From Iamia sp. (GTDB lineage: Bacteria; Actinomycetota; Acidimicrobiia; Acidimicrobiales; Iamiaceae): a stretch of DNA of 34,723 bases. A model generated the notes under the pieces. The model saw only the letters and a list, made by a program, of their open reading frames with translations, was not told where the DNA came from and ran no database searches. Below, piece after piece: positions 32,421 to 34,723 of this stretch (the stretch's first letter is position 1; every line of letters starts with the position of its first letter). Where the stretch lies: NCBI GenBank assembly GCA_036380755.1, contig DASVEC010000532.1, positions 1 to 34,723 of the forward strand. The letters are read 5' to 3'. A program made the position numbers and the translations under genes.

Positions 32421-34723
32421 CTACCGGACGACGAAGTACTTGGACGCGGGGTGGTGGAGGATGATCGCCGAGGTGGTCTGCTCGGGCTGGTACTGGTAGC
32501 CGGTGTCCTCGCCGACCTCGATGCCGATGCGGTCGGCCTCGAGCAGCCTCGCCACCCGCTCGTTGTCCTCCAGGTCCGGGCAGGCCGGGTAGCCCCACGA
32601 GTAGCGCCCGCCGCGGTACTGCTGGCGGAAGAGCCCGGCCAGCGAGGGGCCGTCCTCCTCGGCGAAGCCCCACTCCTCGCGGATGCGGCGGTGCCACATC
32701 TCGGCGAGGGCCTCGGCCATCTCGACGCCGAGCCCGTGGAGCAGCAGGTAGTCCTGGTACTTGTCGGCCGCGAACAGCTCGGCCGTGCGCTCGGAGATGG
32801 CGGCGCCCATGGTGACGATGTGGAAGGCGACGTAGTCGAGCTCGTCGCCGTCGATCGGCTTCACCAGGTCGGTGATGCACTGGTACGGCTCGACCCGCGA
32901 GCGGGGGAAGCGGAAGCGGGTGAGCTCGCCGTCGCGGGACTCGTCGGACCAGATGACGATGTCCTGGCCGTCGCTGTTGGCGGCGTAGTAGCCGTAGACG
33001 ACGGCTGGGTTGAGCAGGCCCTCGGTGGTGGCCTGGGCCAGCTGCGAGCGGAGCGTCGGACGCATCCGCTCCCGGAACTCGTCGTTGGTCTCCTTGGTCC
33101 CGTCGGCGTTCTTCTCGGGCCGGAACTGCCACTGGTTGCGGAACAGCGCCGTCTCGTTGACGTACTTGGTGATCTCATCGAGAGCGATGCCCTTGACGAC
33201 CTTGGCGCCGGTGAAGGGCGGGACGAACACCTCGTTGTCGGCGTCGAGGCCCACCCAGCGGTCGGGGATGTCGGCGTCGTCGAGCTCGCCGGCGTCGCGC
33301 CCGCCGAAGCGGCCCGACAGCTGCACCTCGCTGTCCGAGGGCACGACGCCCCACTCGGGGTCGTCGGGCTCGGTCGCGTGCTTGATGGCACCCAGCCGGT
33401 CCATGACGTGGAGGCCCTCGAAGGCGTCCTTGCCGTAGAAGAGGCGACCGCCGTAGACGTTGCGGAGGTCGCGCTCGACGTAGGTGCGGGTGAGGGCGGC
33501 GCCGCCCAGCAGGACGGGCACGTCGAGGGCGCGGGAGTTGAGCTCCTCGAGGTTGTCGCGCATGATCAGCGTCGACTTCACCAGCAGTCCGCTCATGCCG
33601 ATGGCGTCGGCCTCGACCTCGAGCGCCTTCTCGATCATGTCGGCGATGCCGACCTTGATGCCGATGTTGTAGACCTCGTAGCCGTTGTTGGTGAGGATGA
33701 TGTCGACGAGGTTCTTGCCGATGTCGTGGACGTCGCCCTTCACCGTGGCCAGCACGATGCGGCCCTTGCGGGCCTCCCCCTCGACCTTCTCCATGTGGGG
33801 CTCGAGGTGGGCCACGGCGGCCTTCATGGTCTCGGCCGACTGGAGCACGAAGGGGAGCTGCATCTCGCCCTTGCCGAAGAGCTCGCCGACGACGCGCATG
33901 CCGGCGAGGAGCACGTCGTTGACGATCTGCAGGGCGGTCAGGCCACCGGCCATGGCCGCGTCGAGCTCGGCGGTGAGGCCCTCGCGGTCGCCGTCGATGA
34001 TGCGCTGGCTGAGCCGCTTCTCGATGGGCCAGTCGGAGCGGTCCTCCTTCACGACCTCCTGGACCTTCACGTCGGCGAAGATGTCGAGCAGCTTGTGCAG
34101 CGGGTCGTAGTCGGCGTCGCCGTCGGACAGCACACCCTCGGTGCCACGCCGGTCGTAGATGAGGTCGAGGCAGACGTCGCGCTGCTCGTCGGGGATGCGC
34201 GAGATCGGGAGGATCTTGGAGGCGTGGACGATGGCCGAGTCGAGCCCGTGCTTGGTGGCCTCGTGGATGAAGATCGAGTTGAGGACGTGGCGGGCGGCCG
34301 GGTTGATGCCGAAGCTCACGTTGGAGACGCCGAGCGTGGTGTGGCAGCCCGGGAACTCCTCCTTGATCTGCTTGATGGCGTCCATGGTGGCCATGGCGTC
34401 CTTGCGCAGGTCGTCGTCGCCCGTGGTGAGCGGGAACGTCAGCGCGTCGAAGATCAGGTCGGTCTCGTCGAGGCCATAGGTGTCCTTGGCCAGCTCGACG
34501 ATGCGCCGGGCGATCCGCATCTTCCACTCGACGTCGCGGGCCTGGCCCTCCTCGTCGATCAGGAGGCAGATCACGGCCGCGCCGTAGTCGCGGGCCAGGG
34601 TGAAGACCCGGTCGAGCCGGCTGCCCTCGGCGAAGCCGTCCTCGAGGTTGGCCGAGTTGAGGACGTGGCGGGCGGCCGGGTTGATGCCGAAGCTCACGTT
34701 GGAGACGCCGAGCGTGGTGTGGC
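32421..34723 (-). CDS. metH: Cobalamin-dependent methionine synthase, 5'-truncated at the window edge
   Basis: Pterin-binding (GVSNVSFG), cap (GEMQLPFVLQSAETMK), B12-binding (ATVKGDVHDIGKNLV, MSGLL, GGAAL) and activation (RYSWGYPACPDL, PEQTTSA) domains. Confidence 0.97.
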   Translation of the reverse strand, partial: HTTLGVSNVSFGINPAARHVLNSANLEDGFAEGSRLDRVFTLARDYGAAVICLLIDEEGQARDVEWKMRIARRIVELAKDTYGLDETDLIFDALTFPLTTGDDDLRKDAMATMDAIKQIKEEFPGCHTTLGVSNVSFGINPAARHVLNSIFIHEATKHGLDSAIVHASKILPISRIPDEQRDVCLDLIYDRRGTEGVLSDGDADYDPLHKLLDIFADVKVQEVVKEDRSDWPIEKRLSQRIIDGDREGLTAELDAAMAGGLTALQIVNDVLLAGMRVVGELFGKGEMQLPFVLQSAETMKAAVAHLEPHMEKVEGEARKGRIVLATVKGDVHDIGKNLVDIILTNNGYEVYNIGIKVGIADMIEKALEVEADAIGMSGLLVKSTLIMRDNLEELNSRALDVPVLLGGAALTRTYVERDLRNVYGGRLFYGKDAFEGLHVMDRLGAIKHATEPDDPEWGVVPSDSEVQLSGRFGGRDAGELDDADIPDRWVGLDADNEVFVPPFTGAKVVKGIALDEITKYVNETALFRNQWQFRPEKNADGTKETNDEFRERMRPTLRSQLAQATTEGLLNPAVVYGYYAANSDGQDIVIWSDESRDGELTRFRFPRSRVEPYQCITDLVKPIDGDELDYVAFHIVTMGAAISERTAELFAADKYQDYLLLHGLGVEMAEALAEMWHRRIREEWGFAEEDGPSLAGLFRQQYRGGRYSWGYPACPDLEDNERVARLLEADRIGIEVGEDTGYQYQPEQTTSAIILHHPASKYFVVR
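34275..34723. repeat. Exact 71-bp direct repeat within metH (34275-34345 and 34653-34723)
   Basis: cgagttgaggacgtgg...gagcgtggtgtggc occurs twice, 378 bp apart; the second copy runs to the last base of the window. Confidence 0.95.

Noticed and set aside
31630-32421. EEP gene as a pseudogene because it lacks N-terminal TM helices
   Set aside because: All catalytic motifs are intact, with no frameshift or upstream remnant; soluble EEP proteins are common.
418-34527. Numerous long alternative-frame and antisense ORFs (e.g. 7385-9826, 7863-10580, 13870-16419, 29732-32212) and Arg/Pro-rich N-terminal extensions on real genes
   Set aside because: Shadow ORFs expected from stop-codon scarcity at very high GC. 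They show no motifs and overlap well-supported genes; true starts were reset using RTGA overlaps and -10 boxes.
32421-34723. metH as a dedicated SAM supply for the locus methyltransferases
   Set aside because: Housekeeping gene separated by unrelated genes; proximity alone is not evidence.

Overview
Very GC-rich actinobacterial DNA; gene content (DUF4214-like secreted protein, many apparently leaderless genes) suggests Acidimicrobiia, which is an inference. About 27.6 kb (1-27608) is a surface/exopolysaccharide region made of two pathway blocks. Block A is a + strand operon (about 1366-9842): GT4, sulfotransferase, SAM methyltransferase, Wzy-like polymerase, 2x GT4 and an ABC-type flippase. 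It is flanked by a divergent sulfotransferase, an FkbM methyltransferase, fcl, a WcaI-like GT4 and a short priming transferase. Block B is a - strand operon (27608-16538): PssD/PssE pair, sulfotransferase, GT2, Wzy/WaaL-like protein, APH-like kinase, sulfotransferase, Wzx, Wzc-like protein and a WcaJ-like priming transferase, followed by another sulfotransferase-like gene. A PNPOx-like/Xaa-Pro peptidase gene pair sits between the blocks. Five PAPS-motif sulfotransferase genes plus a kinase and methyltransferases point to a sulfated, heavily decorated polysaccharide. The right end holds a GHWYL membrane protein, a methyltransferase, an orphan barstar-like gene, a secreted SGNH esterase, an EEP phosphatase/nuclease and a 5'-truncated metH, whose last 71 bp duplicate an internal segment. 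Non-coding highlights: a 50-bp palindromic element in two copies (one gives two convergent proteins the same C-terminus, PPNSGE), a MIRU-like translationally coupled mini-ORF insert, and nine -10 boxes lying 6-7 nt before start codons, one implying a CTG start. All product calls come from motif reading, not database searches.
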